A DNA stretch of 64,000 bases. It comes from Vairimorpha necatrix (taxonomy: Eukaryota). The stretch spans positions 310,001-374,000 of the forward strand of contig CP142736.1 of the NCBI GenBank assembly GCA_036630325.1. The letters are read 5' to 3'. Positions 1 through 12,088 of the stretch are shown here, piece after piece. Both the position numbers and the translations under genes were made by a program. How positions within the stretch are numbered: the stretch's first letter is position 1; the number at the start of each line of letters is the position of its first letter. The notes under the pieces were generated by a model. The model made no database searches and was not told where the DNA came from. It saw nothing but the letters and a program-made list of their open reading frames with translations.

Positions 1-1347
1 TAAATATTTATAGCGTAGTTTTATATTCTGTTTATCTTGGTGTAATTTATCAATTTTAGAAAGAATAAATAATTTGATCTGGGAAATATCTTCTTTATAT
101 GAATTAATCTTAGTATTATTAATTTTTTTAGGATCTTGATTTTGTATTGGTGTGTTTGTCTCATACATGACATTATTCAGATTATTATTTGCAAGGCCCG
201 ATTTATGTATTTCGTACTTGACATTATTTGTAGGTGCTGATATGTTTGTCTTATACTTATCATTACTTAGATTATAATTTGTTGGTCCCGATGTGTGTAT
301 TTCGTACTTGATATTATTTGAATTATTATTTACAGGAGTTGCTGTGTCAATTTTGTAGTTGATATTATTGTAATTATTATTTACAAGTTCTGGTGTGTCT
401 TCTGCGTGCTTCATTTTTTTATGGTTCAAATTATACTGGACTGGATTATTCTGCATTGACGTGTCTATTTCATGATTATTATTTTTATATTTTCTTCGTA
501 TTGACTTGTCTATCTCATATTCTTCATTTTTAATATTTGATTTATTTTTTATATTTCTTTGTACTGACGTGTCTATCTCGTCATTATCATTTTTAAGAAT
601 TAGATTATAACCTACTGGAATATCTTGCGGAGAAAAATTCAGCTTCTTTTTTTCATGCGAAAAAATCGTTTGAGTTTTTAAATCCGCTTCTTTTGATAAA
701 TCTTTAAATTGTTTTTCGAAATTTCCATTCGTTTCATTAATTTGGTCTGTAGAATATTTGTTTGTATCATTATTTCCTTCTTTACAGTTTTTATTTGTAT
801 TATAATTTTCATCTTTACAGTTTAAATTCGACTTAATTTTTTTTGTACAATATTTGTTTGCCTTTTTATTTTCATCTTTACAGTAAAAACTTGTACCAGG
901 AATTTGATCTGTAGAATATTTGTTTGCCTTTTTATTTTCATCTTTACAGTTTAAATACGTATTATTATTTTCATCTGTAGAATATTTGTTTATCTTATTA
1001 ATTCCATCTTTACAATTTTCTTTAGTCTTTCGGCTTAATTTTTCATTATTTTTCGTCTCACTTTTTTCTTCACTATAACTTTTCTTACTTTCACTAACAT
1101 ATTGTGTCTCATTAAGACATTTGATTTCTTGTTCTTCGTCCAAATAATTTTTTTCATCGTTTATACTTTCTAGACATTCATCTATCTCTGATAATTTCTC
1201 AAAAGAATCTTCATGTAAAGCCTGTGATATTTGCCGAGAAATGTCGTCTTTCGTATTTATTTCTTTGAGGTTTCTGTTTTTGAATAAGATTATTGGTTTA
1301 GGTTTCATTGGAGTTGAATATCTAAACTTGGGATTTTTATCATTCAT
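1..1347 (-). CDS. Hypothetical low-complexity Asn/Lys-rich protein with internal repeats, runs off the window edge
   Basis: ATG at 1347 (MNDKNPKFRYSTPMKPKP...). The frame was open in every segment translated, including the last codons at position 1. Repeated NCKDENKKANKYSTD-type units at ~780-1020. Absent from the ORF track because no stop lies in the window. Confidence 0.75.
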   Translation of the reverse strand, partial: MNDKNPKFRYSTPMKPKPIILFKNRNLKEINTKDDISRQISQALHEDSFEKLSEIDECLESINDEKNYLDEEQEIKCLNETQYVSESKKSYSEEKSETKNNEKLSRKTKENCKDGINKINKYSTDENNNTYLNCKDENKKANKYSTDQIPGTSFYCKDENKKANKYCTKKIKSNLNCKDENYNTNKNCKEGNNDTNKYSTDQINETNGNFEKQFKDLSKEADLKTQTIFSHEKKKLNFSPQDIPVGYNLILKNDNDEIDTSVQRNIKNKSNIKNEEYEIDKSIRRKYKNNNHEIDTSMQNNPVQYNLNHKKMKHAEDTPELVNNNYNNINYKIDTATPVNNNSNNIKYEIHTSGPTNYNLSNDKYKTNISAPTNNVKYEIHKSGLANNNLNNVMYETNTPIQNQDPKKINNTKINSYKEDISQIKLFILSKIDKLHQDKQNIKLRYKYL

Positions 1348-1822
1348 GCAAAAAATTGGAAAAAAAAAATTATTTATGCTTTTTTGCATAAACTAAACAG
1401 TTTGTTTGTTTTTAAAATTAATAAATTGCTAATATAAGTATATTACAATAAAAAAACATGCAATGATGTAATATAGAAACACATAGATATAGAATAAAAA
1501 AACAATCACTTGAAATGATTGTTTTTAAGAGATATTTGAAAATTTTAAAAATTCAAAATAAAAGACGGAAATGTGATTAAAAAGCTTAAAAATACTGGCA
1601 CACCTCAAAATCTACAAAGCAGCGGCTTGTCGTCTTTTTGTTTTCACAGAGAAAATTACCTGATTTCTGAATAATAAAAACTTCGGATATTTTTGCGATA
1701 AATGAATTGGGCAAATTTATAATAGCCTTATTTAATTTAAAAAATTTACACATTGATACAATTTACCTTTTATTTTTTTCACTGAAATTTATTTCTAAAA
1801 AACTTAAAGAATTATTTTTAAA

Positions 1823-4800
1823 TTATTTTATTGGTTGTTTCACGTCTAATACCACTCTTATATTCATTGCTAATAACTCACTACAAAGATATTTAAAAAC
1901 ATATGGCATTTCCAGCGTATTGAAAGTTTTTCCTCCACACACACATTTGTTGTTATTTGTAAACAAAATAATTCTACAATTACAACAATATGTGAAGACT
2001 GAATGGTCACTACATTTCAATAATCTATCATTTAGTAAATACGGGGTACCATGTGCAATCATAGCATCTCTCTCCATTTCTCCAAATCTTATACCTCCTA
2101 AATTTTTTCTACCTCCTACTGGTTGTCTAGTGGTGGCCACTACTGCGCCAGATGCTCTGACTTGGTATTTGTCATTTACCATGTGTCTCAGTCTTTGGTA
2201 AAACACTACTCCTAAGAAAATGTCAGTTTTAAATTCATTCCCAGTTATTCCAGAATACATTGTTTCATTCCCAAAATAATTAAATCCATTATTTTTTAAC
2301 TGTTCACCTATAGAAATATTTGATAAGTCTTTTATGTCGTCATTATTATCTAAAAAAGAATTTTTTTCAAATGGTGTGCCATCTTGAATCTTTCCTTCGC
2401 AGCAACCAGCTTTTCCTGCCATACTTTCAATCAACATACCTATCGTCATTCTTGATGGGAAAGCGTGCGGGTTGATAATAATGTCTGGTACAATACCGGA
2501 ATCTGTAAAAGGCATGTCTATTGAAGGCCAATGCATCGAACAAACTCCTTTTTGTCCATGTCTACTACAAAATTTATCACCAATATTCGGATTTCTTATA
2601 ATTCTAAATTTAATATTCGCGCACATGCTTTCATTCTGAAAAATGTCGATTCTTTCAATTATGTACCCGTCACTGCTTTTACAAAGGACTACAGTTTCTT
2701 TACCACCTAAATCTGTGTATTTATAAAAAATATCGCCAGTATTAATTTTTAATCCGACTTCGGGTAAAAAAGAAAAATAACAATCTTTAGGTAGTTCTAT
2801 CTTGTCTACTTTGTAAACATATCCTGTAAAAAGTCCTCTTTCCATACTTCCTTTATTAATAACCATAGCATCTTCCATATCATACGCTGTATACGAAAGT
2901 ACTGCCACAATACAATTAATTCCTAGTGGGTAATCTTGGACAAGATCATATTTCTTATTTCGCACTATAGGATGTTGTGTATAATTCAACATGTAAATTT
3001 TCGAATCATTCCTCGTCTTAAAATTGTGCACAGGGTGGCCCATGCTTTGTTTCGCCATCTGGCATTGGTACATATTTCTAGGCGACTGGTTATACTCGGA
3101 AAATGGCGTTAAACTGGCGACAAGACTGAATATATTTTGATTATCAACTTCTTTATATTCGAAATCCGCTTTTGTAATCGGATTATCTTTTTTAATTTTC
3201 ATATCTTGTAAATTAATATCGAGAAAAACTTGTTCCATGATTCCAATATACTCGATCATATTACTAGATTTATGTAAAATAGGTCTGACTAATCTGGAAA
3301 CTGTATTGTAAATCTGTACCGATTCATACAATTTAAGACCGACAAAATGACAAATTTCGACCTGTAAATTGTTTTTTCTTCTAAAAGATCGTAAACTAGA
3401 GACTAAATCCTTAGGATTTGTTGTAAATCCCACTAAAAAACCATTATAAAATACTGAGACTCCTTTGACGAATTGTCTAAAAGCAGGTATTACACCAAAA
3501 TCATACAAAATTTTACTATCAAATTTACAAGGCGTATTAATCAAAGAAGCAGCAGAAGTCAAGTGCGTCAAAAGACCACAAGGCGTTCCATCTGGCGTGT
3601 GCACAGGACAAAAAAATCCCCAACTTTCCGATCTTAATTTACGCACACTCGTAGTTTTTACATCTTGAAAAAAAGATCCTCTGTTTACACTCCTAAAATG
3701 ACTAACGTACCTATAAAAATTAATTCTTTCGGCTATGATACAAAATCCTGCATTTTGTAAAATATCACTAGAATGTTGTATATTAATATTTCCTGTAGAT
3801 AAAAAATGTTCAAACCCTTTGCCGACACTAGCACAGTCTAATAACTTAAAACATTTCATAAAATCTTCTAATGTAGATTTACTTTCAGTTTCATTGGTGT
3901 CATTTTCTTTTGCTTTCTTTTTCTTTCGCGAAGAAATTCGCACGTGTAAAGCTTTTAATTGGTTTTTTAAATTTTCAAGTTTGTCTTTAAAAATATTAGC
4001 AAAAAGTTGTGTCTCTGTTAACATTTCATGAGTAGCCGGCGAATCGGAATCATCAGGAATGATGTCATCTCTAACAAGTGCGAATAATTTTCGAATTGCG
4101 TGTATAATAAAATTAAATTTGTCTTCGTTATTTTTCAAATGCGGACAAACATAATACTTCAATATTTCAAAACACGCTTCTTCGTTCGTAGTAGCTCCCA
4201 TAGTTTGTCTAAATCTTGATCCAATATATTCAATACATTCGCTTCTACTAAAAACTTGTTCTTTTGTAGATTTTCTTAATGGCACTGTCATATAATTATC
4301 TTTATCCACTAAATTGAAAATTTCTTCATCTGTTGTATTAATTAGAGCTCTTAGAATTATAATAACAGGAATGTGAAACTCAAATCTTTTTCTAAAGAAT
4401 CTAAAAAATACATCTCCGTCTACACTATAATTTAAATAATTAATGTGTCCTAACTCGTCATCGCCTACACTACGAATACAAATATATTTGTCAGTATAAA
4501 TCTTGTTTCTTTGTGGTCTACTCAAAGCAAATGCGTAATTTCTCTTTTGCATTATATGAAATCGTACTAATTTATCAATACCGTTTATTATAAAATACCC
4601 ACCTATGTCATTTTCATCTTCGTCAATGGAATTTGGATTCTGTTCATCTAAAAGATGACAAAATCCAGATTTAACCATAATTGGGAAACCACCACAAGGA
4701 CGGGAATCTGATTGTATGAGTTTGTCGTCATAATATAAATTGAATTTTATAAATAAGTTGCCTTTATAAGTAGTATTTGTAAGTCTAGCTTCTCTTGGTA

Positions 4801-4993
4801 ATAATCTTCTATCTATACTAATATTATTCTGTTCTTTAATAAATGGTTGATGGATTATAAAATCAGCAATTTCCATTTTAAAATTTTCAATAGTTATTGG
4901 TTTTATATTTTTAACTATATTTTTAAATACTTTGTTATAAAAAAGAGCGTTATATGATTCAATGTGTGGTTTTGTAATGTCTTCTATTTTCAT
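1823..4993 (-). CDS. RPA2: DNA-directed RNA polymerase I second-largest subunit (Rpa135/Rpa2)
   Basis: Motifs CPVHTPDGTPCGL, GDKFCSRHGQKG, PDIIINPHAFPSRMTIGM, QRLRHMVNDKYQVR, GGIRFGEMERD; CCC before ATG. Confidence 0.95.
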   Translation of the reverse strand: MKIEDITKPHIESYNALFYNKVFKNIVKNIKPITIENFKMEIADFIIHQPFIKEQNNISIDRRLLPREARLTNTTYKGNLFIKFNLYYDDKLIQSDSRPCGGFPIMVKSGFCHLLDEQNPNSIDEDENDIGGYFIINGIDKLVRFHIMQKRNYAFALSRPQRNKIYTDKYICIRSVGDDELGHINYLNYSVDGDVFFRFFRKRFEFHIPVIIILRALINTTDEEIFNLVDKDNYMTVPLRKSTKEQVFSRSECIEYIGSRFRQTMGATTNEEACFEILKYYVCPHLKNNEDKFNFIIHAIRKLFALVRDDIIPDDSDSPATHEMLTETQLFANIFKDKLENLKNQLKALHVRISSRKKKKAKENDTNETESKSTLEDFMKCFKLLDCASVGKGFEHFLSTGNINIQHSSDILQNAGFCIIAERINFYRYVSHFRSVNRGSFFQDVKTTSVRKLRSESWGFFCPVHTPDGTPCGLLTHLTSAASLINTPCKFDSKILYDFGVIPAFRQFVKGVSVFYNGFLVGFTTNPKDLVSSLRSFRRKNNLQVEICHFVGLKLYESVQIYNTVSRLVRPILHKSSNMIEYIGIMEQVFLDINLQDMKIKKDNPITKADFEYKEVDNQNIFSLVASLTPFSEYNQSPRNMYQCQMAKQSMGHPVHNFKTRNDSKIYMLNYTQHPIVRNKKYDLVQDYPLGINCIVAVLSYTAYDMEDAMVINKGSMERGLFTGYVYKVDKIELPKDCYFSFLPEVGLKINTGDIFYKYTDLGGKETVVLCKSSDGYIIERIDIFQNESMCANIKFRIIRNPNIGDKFCSRHGQKGVCSMHWPSIDMPFTDSGIVPDIIINPHAFPSRMTIGMLIESMAGKAGCCEGKIQDGTPFEKNSFLDNNDDIKDLSNISIGEQLKNNGFNYFGNETMYSGITGNEFKTDIFLGVVFYQRLRHMVNDKYQVRASGAVVATTRQPVGGRKNLGGIRFGEMERDAMIAHGTPYLLNDRLLKCSDHSVFTYCCNCRIILFTNNNKCVCGGKTFNTLEMPYVFKYLCSELLAMNIRVVLDVKQPIK

Positions 4994-5291
4994 ATGGGCT
5001 GAATTTTAGAAATTATTTTTTAATATTGTCAGTTGAAAATTCAATAAAAATGCTCAATTTTTAAATTGTCAAATGATCAGCAAAATTTACCAGTAGAATT
5101 GTTTTTCACAAAATTTAATTTTGCTAAAAATTTTAAAGTTGTCTTTATAAAATTGTCAGTTGAGAAAAGACGTTAATTAAAATTTCTAGTTGAAGAACAA
5201 GTGCTCAAATTATTAGAATAAACTCCTAAATCATACCAGAAAAAAATTATAAAAATTTTATTTTTTTTGATTTTTCCCCCTTTATCATTTT

Positions 5292-6467
5292 ATGAACTTA
5301 TTATTAGTAGAATTCGAAGACCAAAATGGCAAACCATTATCCGATAAAATGCAAGTCCCAGACAATATCACTCTAGATCAACTTAAATCTCTTATTAATA
5401 CCAATCTTTCTTTATATATCAACGGAGAACCAATACTTGACACATTATTGTCAACAATAAGCTCTTTAAATTTAAACAACGAAGACATTATAAAAATCAG
5501 AACAAACAAAGAAGAGCCCTCAACACAAGCTGCTACTTTCTGTTCTTCTTCGTACAGTGGCCACGAAGGCCCAGTTTTATGTTTAAAATTCGATGATATT
5601 TTAGTTACTGGCGGCAGTGACTGCACTATTAGATTCTGGGATTTGACGACCAAAACACAAAAGAAGATTTTAAAAAAGCACAATCACTGGATACAATGTC
5701 TTAACATTTCACCTTGTAAGAAGTTTGTGGTGTCTGGGTCTATAGATGGAGACATAAAACTCTGGAGCAGTGACGGCGAATTTATAAGAAGTTTTATCGG
5801 GCATAGAGACAGTGTAGTGGCTATAAATTTTTTTAAAGATATGATCGTATCAGCTTCAAGAGATAAAAGTGTCAAAGTATTTGATTTTAATGGGAAATGT
5901 ATTTTTTCATATGCACACACTAAACCAGTTACATGTTTAGTCAACAATAGCGAAGATCTTGTGTCAGCAGGTAGAGACGGGAAGATGAAGATTTATAAAG
6001 GCCACTCAGATTTACGAGAAATTAATGGACACGGGTCACCTATAAATTGTCTAGATATGAATGGATCGTTTATGATTTCTGGTTCTGATGATGGAAATAT
6101 AGTTGTATGGAAAGATTTTGTAGTTCATAAGCGCGTTAAACATGACAGAGAAGTTATTTCGCTGTCATTGAGTAGTAATAATATTTATTTTGCCAGTGGG
6201 TCTTTTGATAAAACTGTTCGTCTTTGGTCAGTTGAGACTGGGAAGATGATTAGTAAATATTTTCATGTTGATTTCGTCTATAAAGTAAAATTATGTAATG
6301 ATTTAATAATATCAAGCTCGAGAGATAAGACAGTTAAGATGTATAGAGTCTCTAAGAAGAAGGTCATAAGGGATTTTATATGTGATGATGAAGTTTATTG
6401 TTTTGATTATTTTAATAACCAGTTGGTATGTGGTACTAAAAGCAACAGAGTATATTTTTTCAATTAA
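5292..6467 (+). CDS. RSA4: WD40 ribosome assembly factor Rsa4/Notchless-like
   Basis: N-terminal NLE-like ubiquitin fold, then FCSSSYSGHEGPVLCLKF and multiple GH..WD repeats. Confidence 0.8.
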   Translation: MNLLLVEFEDQNGKPLSDKMQVPDNITLDQLKSLINTNLSLYINGEPILDTLLSTISSLNLNNEDIIKIRTNKEEPSTQAATFCSSSYSGHEGPVLCLKFDDILVTGGSDCTIRFWDLTTKTQKKILKKHNHWIQCLNISPCKKFVVSGSIDGDIKLWSSDGEFIRSFIGHRDSVVAINFFKDMIVSASRDKSVKVFDFNGKCIFSYAHTKPVTCLVNNSEDLVSAGRDGKMKIYKGHSDLREINGHGSPINCLDMNGSFMISGSDDGNIVVWKDFVVHKRVKHDREVISLSLSSNNIYFASGSFDKTVRLWSVETGKMISKYFHVDFVYKVKLCNDLIISSSRDKTVKMYRVSKKKVIRDFICDDEVYCFDYFNNQLVCGTKSNRVYFFN

Positions 6468-6683
6468 TAGATCAAATAAATATTTTAATTTAAGTCATGG
6501 GCTTGTTGGCAATAACGCACAAAAATTCGTCGAATATATTCGAAGACAAATCGCTTTTTTTTTAAAAACAGCTTTTTAGTTGTTATGTTCCAAGTAAAAG
6601 TCACGTGCTTATTTAGTTTAACGAAGAATCGATACTAAGACGTAACTTAACATATGTACTTGTGTTAAATAGCTCGTATAAAC

Positions 6684-6954
6684 TGTGATTTACATGGCTA
6701 CATCAAAAGGATAGATGTCATATATATCACGTGTCATTCATATCCAAGACATGTCCAACGAATCGTATCGCCTGTTAAGATACGGCACACAAAAAATACA
6801 AACAAACGGAAGTTGTATGATTAGTATTACATTACTAAATATGCCAATGCGTGTATTTAGCAATAAAAAATTCATAAATTAAAAATAAAATAAAAAAAGA
6901 AGTTTCTTTGGAAAAAACGACAGATTATCGAAGCGAAAACTACAACGAAAGGCA
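6684..6954 (+). mobile_element. Diverged remnant of the solo-LTR family found at 57054 and 58973 (right end not defined)
   Basis: Starts TGTGATTTACATGGCTACATCA (cf. TGTGATGTACATTACTACATCA). Contains CAAACAAACGGAAGTTGTATG...GCCAATG and AAATTAAAAATAAA in the same order as those copies. Confidence 0.6.
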
Positions 6955-7262
6955 GTCAATTTTTTTCTATAAAAGTAGTGCAATCCAAAGGAGCTACCTC
7001 CGAATAAAAAATCTACTAAATACAATTTTATAGTAATTTTATGGGCAAGCTGGGCATCTTGGTTTAGTTTCCGAGGTATTGACCGAAAGTTAGCCGTTTC
7101 TTGGTCAAGGATTATAAGGGAATTGATCATTGTTCCTGCCATGATATATTACGACAGGGCTGAAAACGGATAAAGTTAATTTTTGAGTAGACTGGTCTAA
7201 ATAAACTATTCCAAAAAGGCAAATTGATAAATTAAAATAATTTGTGGTAATAATTATACCCA

Positions 7263-8025
7263 GTAAGTAAGAGTTGGGCAGAACCTTTACATAGAGACCA
7301 GAGAAATCAGGTGTAAACTTTATCCAACTGATACTGAGAGGTATTTACTCACTTAACTACCCACCAAATAACTTGCCAGGGTGGCTTGCTCCGTTGTATT
7401 CATTGCTATTCCCAACAGGAGAACTTTTTCTATTTATACCTCAAGTCGCGTTCATAGTGACCTCACAGGGATTTACTCTACGTTTATGGGTACCTGAAAC
7501 CAGAGGATAGACCTCGTCGTACTAACTTTAGTCCCTACAATCATATGTATCGAGCAAACATGCTTTCTGTCGTTACATGGCAGGCTGATATTAAATTATA
7601 CTGCGTTAACCACCAGTCTTTTACTTGTTTTGGCCACCGTGTTAAGAATCTTGGGATGGGTCCACGAGACCTTCCATTGCTCTATTTTGCCTAGTCTCTT
7701 AGTTGGCTCTGGGATTCACTCTAGAGTTCACCATCTATGGGCTCCAACTGCGCCGTATCCATCAGATACTTTTATGTGTCATTGAGTCACCACAAGAGTG
7801 ATGCTGCTTTTCGGCCTTAAAGTGCGTTTATACACTAGATGCTAATCTTCTTATGGCTGACAGCACAAGTTTTATTGAATCAACTTAATATTTATCGTGG
7901 ACATTTACATCATCTGAGTGGTCCAAACTGCATCATATATAGTAAAAACAATTTTTGTGTCACTGCGATTCGACCAGCCATTGCTAAGCGGAAGTATCGC
8001 CTCTAAACACTTAGGTAAGAGCACC
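7263..8025 (-). ncRNA. tRNA-headed ~765-nt structured non-coding element (SINE or large ncRNA), copy 1
   Basis: Colinear similarity over the whole length to 12968-13736; degenerate tRNA-like head at ~7955-8025; no ORF. Confidence 0.7.
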
Positions 8026-11000
8026 TTGTAAAGTAGTCAAAATAATGACACTATTATTAAACATAGCAACAAAAATATATTATCTTTTTACATAAACTAC
8101 TTAGAAAGCTTTTTTGAAAATCACAAAATCGCAATGATACATGACGTATAACTCTCCCTTAGTTATTGTGAGAGACTACAAAAAAATGGGATGTCTTGGG
8201 GATCTCTACCACGTAGCATATAATTATAGAATATAAAGTTGCACTTTGTGGCGTTAAATGTGGGATGTACGATGATGAAAGTTTTCTCGCTTTCACATGT
8301 CTTTTTAATGATTGTATCACTTGTGAATTATTCTAGCCAAAAAATAATATTGGCATTTATAGCGTAAATCCGAAATACTATTTGGAGTGTGTTCGCGTTT
8401 TTTTTTTCAGTTCGAAAAAAAATATTTAAATAGAGCGCGACCATTGCAAAAAAAAACACTAAAAAATATCAAATAATTTTAAAAGGAAGATGTGGTATCG
8501 ATTACTACATTAATTTATTTTTTATCCAATAAATGCTTTTTCTAGAAAATATTAGTTATATAATATTTGTTTTTATTTTACTTCTAAGGGCAACGGGGAT
8601 GAGAATGACGAGAGAACAATTACGTGTAACCAAAAAATATTAAAAAATATTTATGTAACGTATGTTGCAGAGGGAGTATCATAGAATGCTTTGTGCAATT
8701 CAGAGACCTCCCTGGGGCAACACCATAAAAAATGCAATTAAACGTAAAAATGATCCTTGAGCGGACTACCAATAAATTTTTTTACATGTCGACTGTTATA
8801 TAAATGTTTTTTTTATAATAACACATATTTTGCTTATATAAATCCATTTTTTAAAAAAAAATTACAGAAAAAATTATACATGAAGTCATAGATCAATTTT
8901 GACGCAAAATATTTATAATGTCATGGTAAGTGTGTATATTATTTCTACAACAGCCAATTTTCTCATTTTTATAAAATTTGAATTTGCTAGAAAATTTTTG
9001 TTGTAAATAATTTTTACAAAAAAAAAGAAGTCTACACATAAGAGGATATGAAGAGAAAAAGGTATAAAAATAGATAAAGAAACAAAAAGACTGTAAAAAA
9101 AAATTTTATAAATTTCTATTAATGTACTTCCTCGCTAGGAAGTTTTTTTCGAAACCAACGGAAGTATGAAAGTGCAAAAAACATCCAGAATCTACTAAGA
9201 TATAGTAAAAAAATTGACGCAAATTACAATATCTTCTAAGGAAAAAAAATTCACTGAACAAAATTGAATTGAATAAACATATGTAAGTTGAATATCTCTA
9301 TACAAAAAACACCTCCGAAAAATATTAATTAATATAGTTATGTTGGTAAAAGGCGGCGTATAGACCATAAAAATATCGCTATAAATGAAAAATATTTTTT
9401 TTTATCTTAGGTCTCGACATATACTCCAATAAATTAGTCTAGGGTTGTTACTAAAGTATCATAAAGACACGTGGCAAATGAATGTGGTATTGAGAAGGTC
9501 AAAGGACAGAGAAATAAGAAAAATGTCAATTTAATTAGTAAATAAGAAGATTGCAAACCTATAAGCATATATTAAGGGTAGATGAGCCGATAAGTATATT
9601 TTACGAAGTTTTTGAAAGGATATATAAGCTCATCTAAGTTAGTCATAAGTCAATTTTTAACTAGAGAATTTTTTATTTTTTAAAATGTATAAAGTTTATA
9701 CCTACAACGTCGATAAAAATCGATGATGTTGTTAAAGTGTGATTTTTGGCTAAGATAGGACTAAACATTGCACAAATTTATAAAGACTTGTTTGTTTTTT
9801 CGAGAAATAATCTAAAAATTCCTTTATGTTAATAAAAATGACTTTACACAAAGACCTGTGGGCTAAATATGCTCCCAGGAAGGGGGGTAAACAATTTTTG
9901 TCCTAAAATTTTATTTTAACACGTGTTTAGTGTCATTCGGGTTGGTAATTATAGTGCTGTGCTTAAACACCTTTTTAAAGTATGTTTGTAAGAAAAAGAG
10001 TCAATTCTTCGTGAATTAGTGTTTGAGAACCTCCCGCCGAAAAGAGGTAGAAGAAGAATAACGTCAACAAATTCTAACCAGATTGAATTTTTTATCTGAC
10101 TACGATCTATCAATTCACGCAACTTACCTTTATGTACAATATCATAGCAAAAAAATATTCGAATTTTTCGAATTTTAATTATTACTCGACTTTTTTTTAT
10201 TTTAATGTTATCAAACCAGCAAACAATATATTAAAATATAGTGACGAAGAATGGTCTTCTGTTTTAGTATAAAATACTTTATTGTAAGTTATAGTGTTTT
10301 TATGAAAAACTGTTCATTTGAGCGTTGAAAGAAAGCAGTGACAAAAAATCTTTATTTAGCCGAGACATGTCAAATATAGATGAGGCACAAAGCGAGCCCA
10401 TGTTACTACAAGATAAAACGTGCTCTTTAATGAATAAAATGCTTTTGAATTTGGTAGGTATTTAAATTATATACTTTCTCGCATACAAATATAAAAGGTT
10501 AGAGAGCTACATCAATGAAAACTTGAAGATCATAGTGTGCTAACATCTTTTTTAATTTATTAAATTGAGTCTAGAGCAAAAAAAAAATCTGTTCAAAATA
10601 TACTGTCAGATAATGCATATAAATTAATGTATAAACATTCAATAAGACTGAACAAAACTAGGTAAAAAGTCCAAAATTAGTTTATAAACGTTACAAAAAG
10701 AGTTTATATTTCTGACGTTGAATTTTTATAAAATACGAAATAATAGAAGAGTCGTCGACACATCTAAAAAATTGAGGCTCATATTCAGAATCTAACCTTG
10801 AAAGGACTTAAAAAATATTTCTACAGTGTAAAGACATACAATCTACGGGTTTAAATAATTTTTAGGGAAAGATTAAGAAAAAATATTTTAACAAAAAATG
10901 GAATGAGGGGTTTGTGTTAATAACCACCTTGTTATAAAATTGAAATGAATATGTATATATATATATTTATTCTTTTATAATATACTATTAACCTCAAAAT

Positions 11001-11221
11001 ATAAAATTATAATCTCTTAAGTATTTGGAGATAAAAACATGAAATACTACTTTTTCTTCGTTTTGATAAAAATACACGTTTACATATTAAAATTTTTTCT
11101 ATAATATTTATATATATTGCACCTCTATATTGTATTTAATTTAGAAAGATGTTATATTTAAAGAATTAGTATATTTTTTACAGCACATTACAGATTAAAA
11201 GAACAAAAAAACTTAGATACT

Positions 11222-12088
11222 TTAATTCAAACCTAAAGGATTACGAAGCAAGTAAGCCAATGAACAGCCCGCCGCGATAGAGGTAGGATAATAAGAAGGT
11301 ATAACCCCTTGATTACTAACATAGTCATAATTACTAATCGGGTTGTCTTCTTGCATGAACACGGAAAGTTCTTCAATCATTGCCATGTTGTCTTGCCTGG
11401 TGATAATACTATCATCTTGAGGGGTCATGTTGTTTTCGTCTTGACTTATATTATTTTGATAGCCAATCGTCGTGCTAATTTCTTGGGTATTAGTATCTTC
11501 ACTTTCATTTATGTTAAAACTTTTCTGCAAATCATCAATGTTTTTCAAATCGTCTTTTGACATAAATTGTACGTAACGTATTATTTTGTCGTCGTGGTTA
11601 CCTATAGGTTTAACTTTATCAATATAGTGTTGTATCTTAAATTTATCAATTTTTATACCATTAAAGTCCATGCATATTAAAGCTTCTAATATCCCTTGTG
11701 TATATAATGCAATATAATATATTTCAAAGTCAACACGTTGTTCTTTTGCGACGAGACCCTCCGCTCTTACTATTCCATTTATCAATTTCGCCCAGTAATG
11801 TTCATATTTCAGGTCTTCGCGAGTAATTGTAATAATTTCAATTTTGTTAGTCTTCGGGGGGAAATATGTACGCTTTAAAGGAAACTTAATTCGATCCAAA
11901 ATAGTCTCAAAAAGAATCCTTGCTATTTTTTCCACATCAAAATTCATGTGAGAATCTCTACTGATATGTCCCCCAAAATTGTATAGCTCTTTAGCACATT
12001 CATTAATTGTTTTCATGTTATTTTTAGCTACCGGATTAGCTATAGACTTTTTGATATTCATAACGAAGACTAAAAACCCCAAAAACAT
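11222..12088 (-). CDS. Hypothetical protein, possible signal peptide
   Basis: 288-aa ORF, CCC motif before ATG (gcccataaaATG), hydrophobic N-terminus; no family recognised. Confidence 0.75.
   Translation of the reverse strand: MFLGFLVFVMNIKKSIANPVAKNNMKTINECAKELYNFGGHISRDSHMNFDVEKIARILFETILDRIKFPLKRTYFPPKTNKIEIITITREDLKYEHYWAKLINGIVRAEGLVAKEQRVDFEIYYIALYTQGILEALICMDFNGIKIDKFKIQHYIDKVKPIGNHDDKIIRYVQFMSKDDLKNIDDLQKSFNINESEDTNTQEISTTIGYQNNISQDENNMTPQDDSIITRQDNMAMIEELSVFMQEDNPISNYDYVSNQGVIPSYYPTSIAAGCSLAYLLRNPLGLN

Noticed and set aside
1645-1670. U6-like ACAGAGA box
   Set aside because: No AGC triad or internal stem-loop follows
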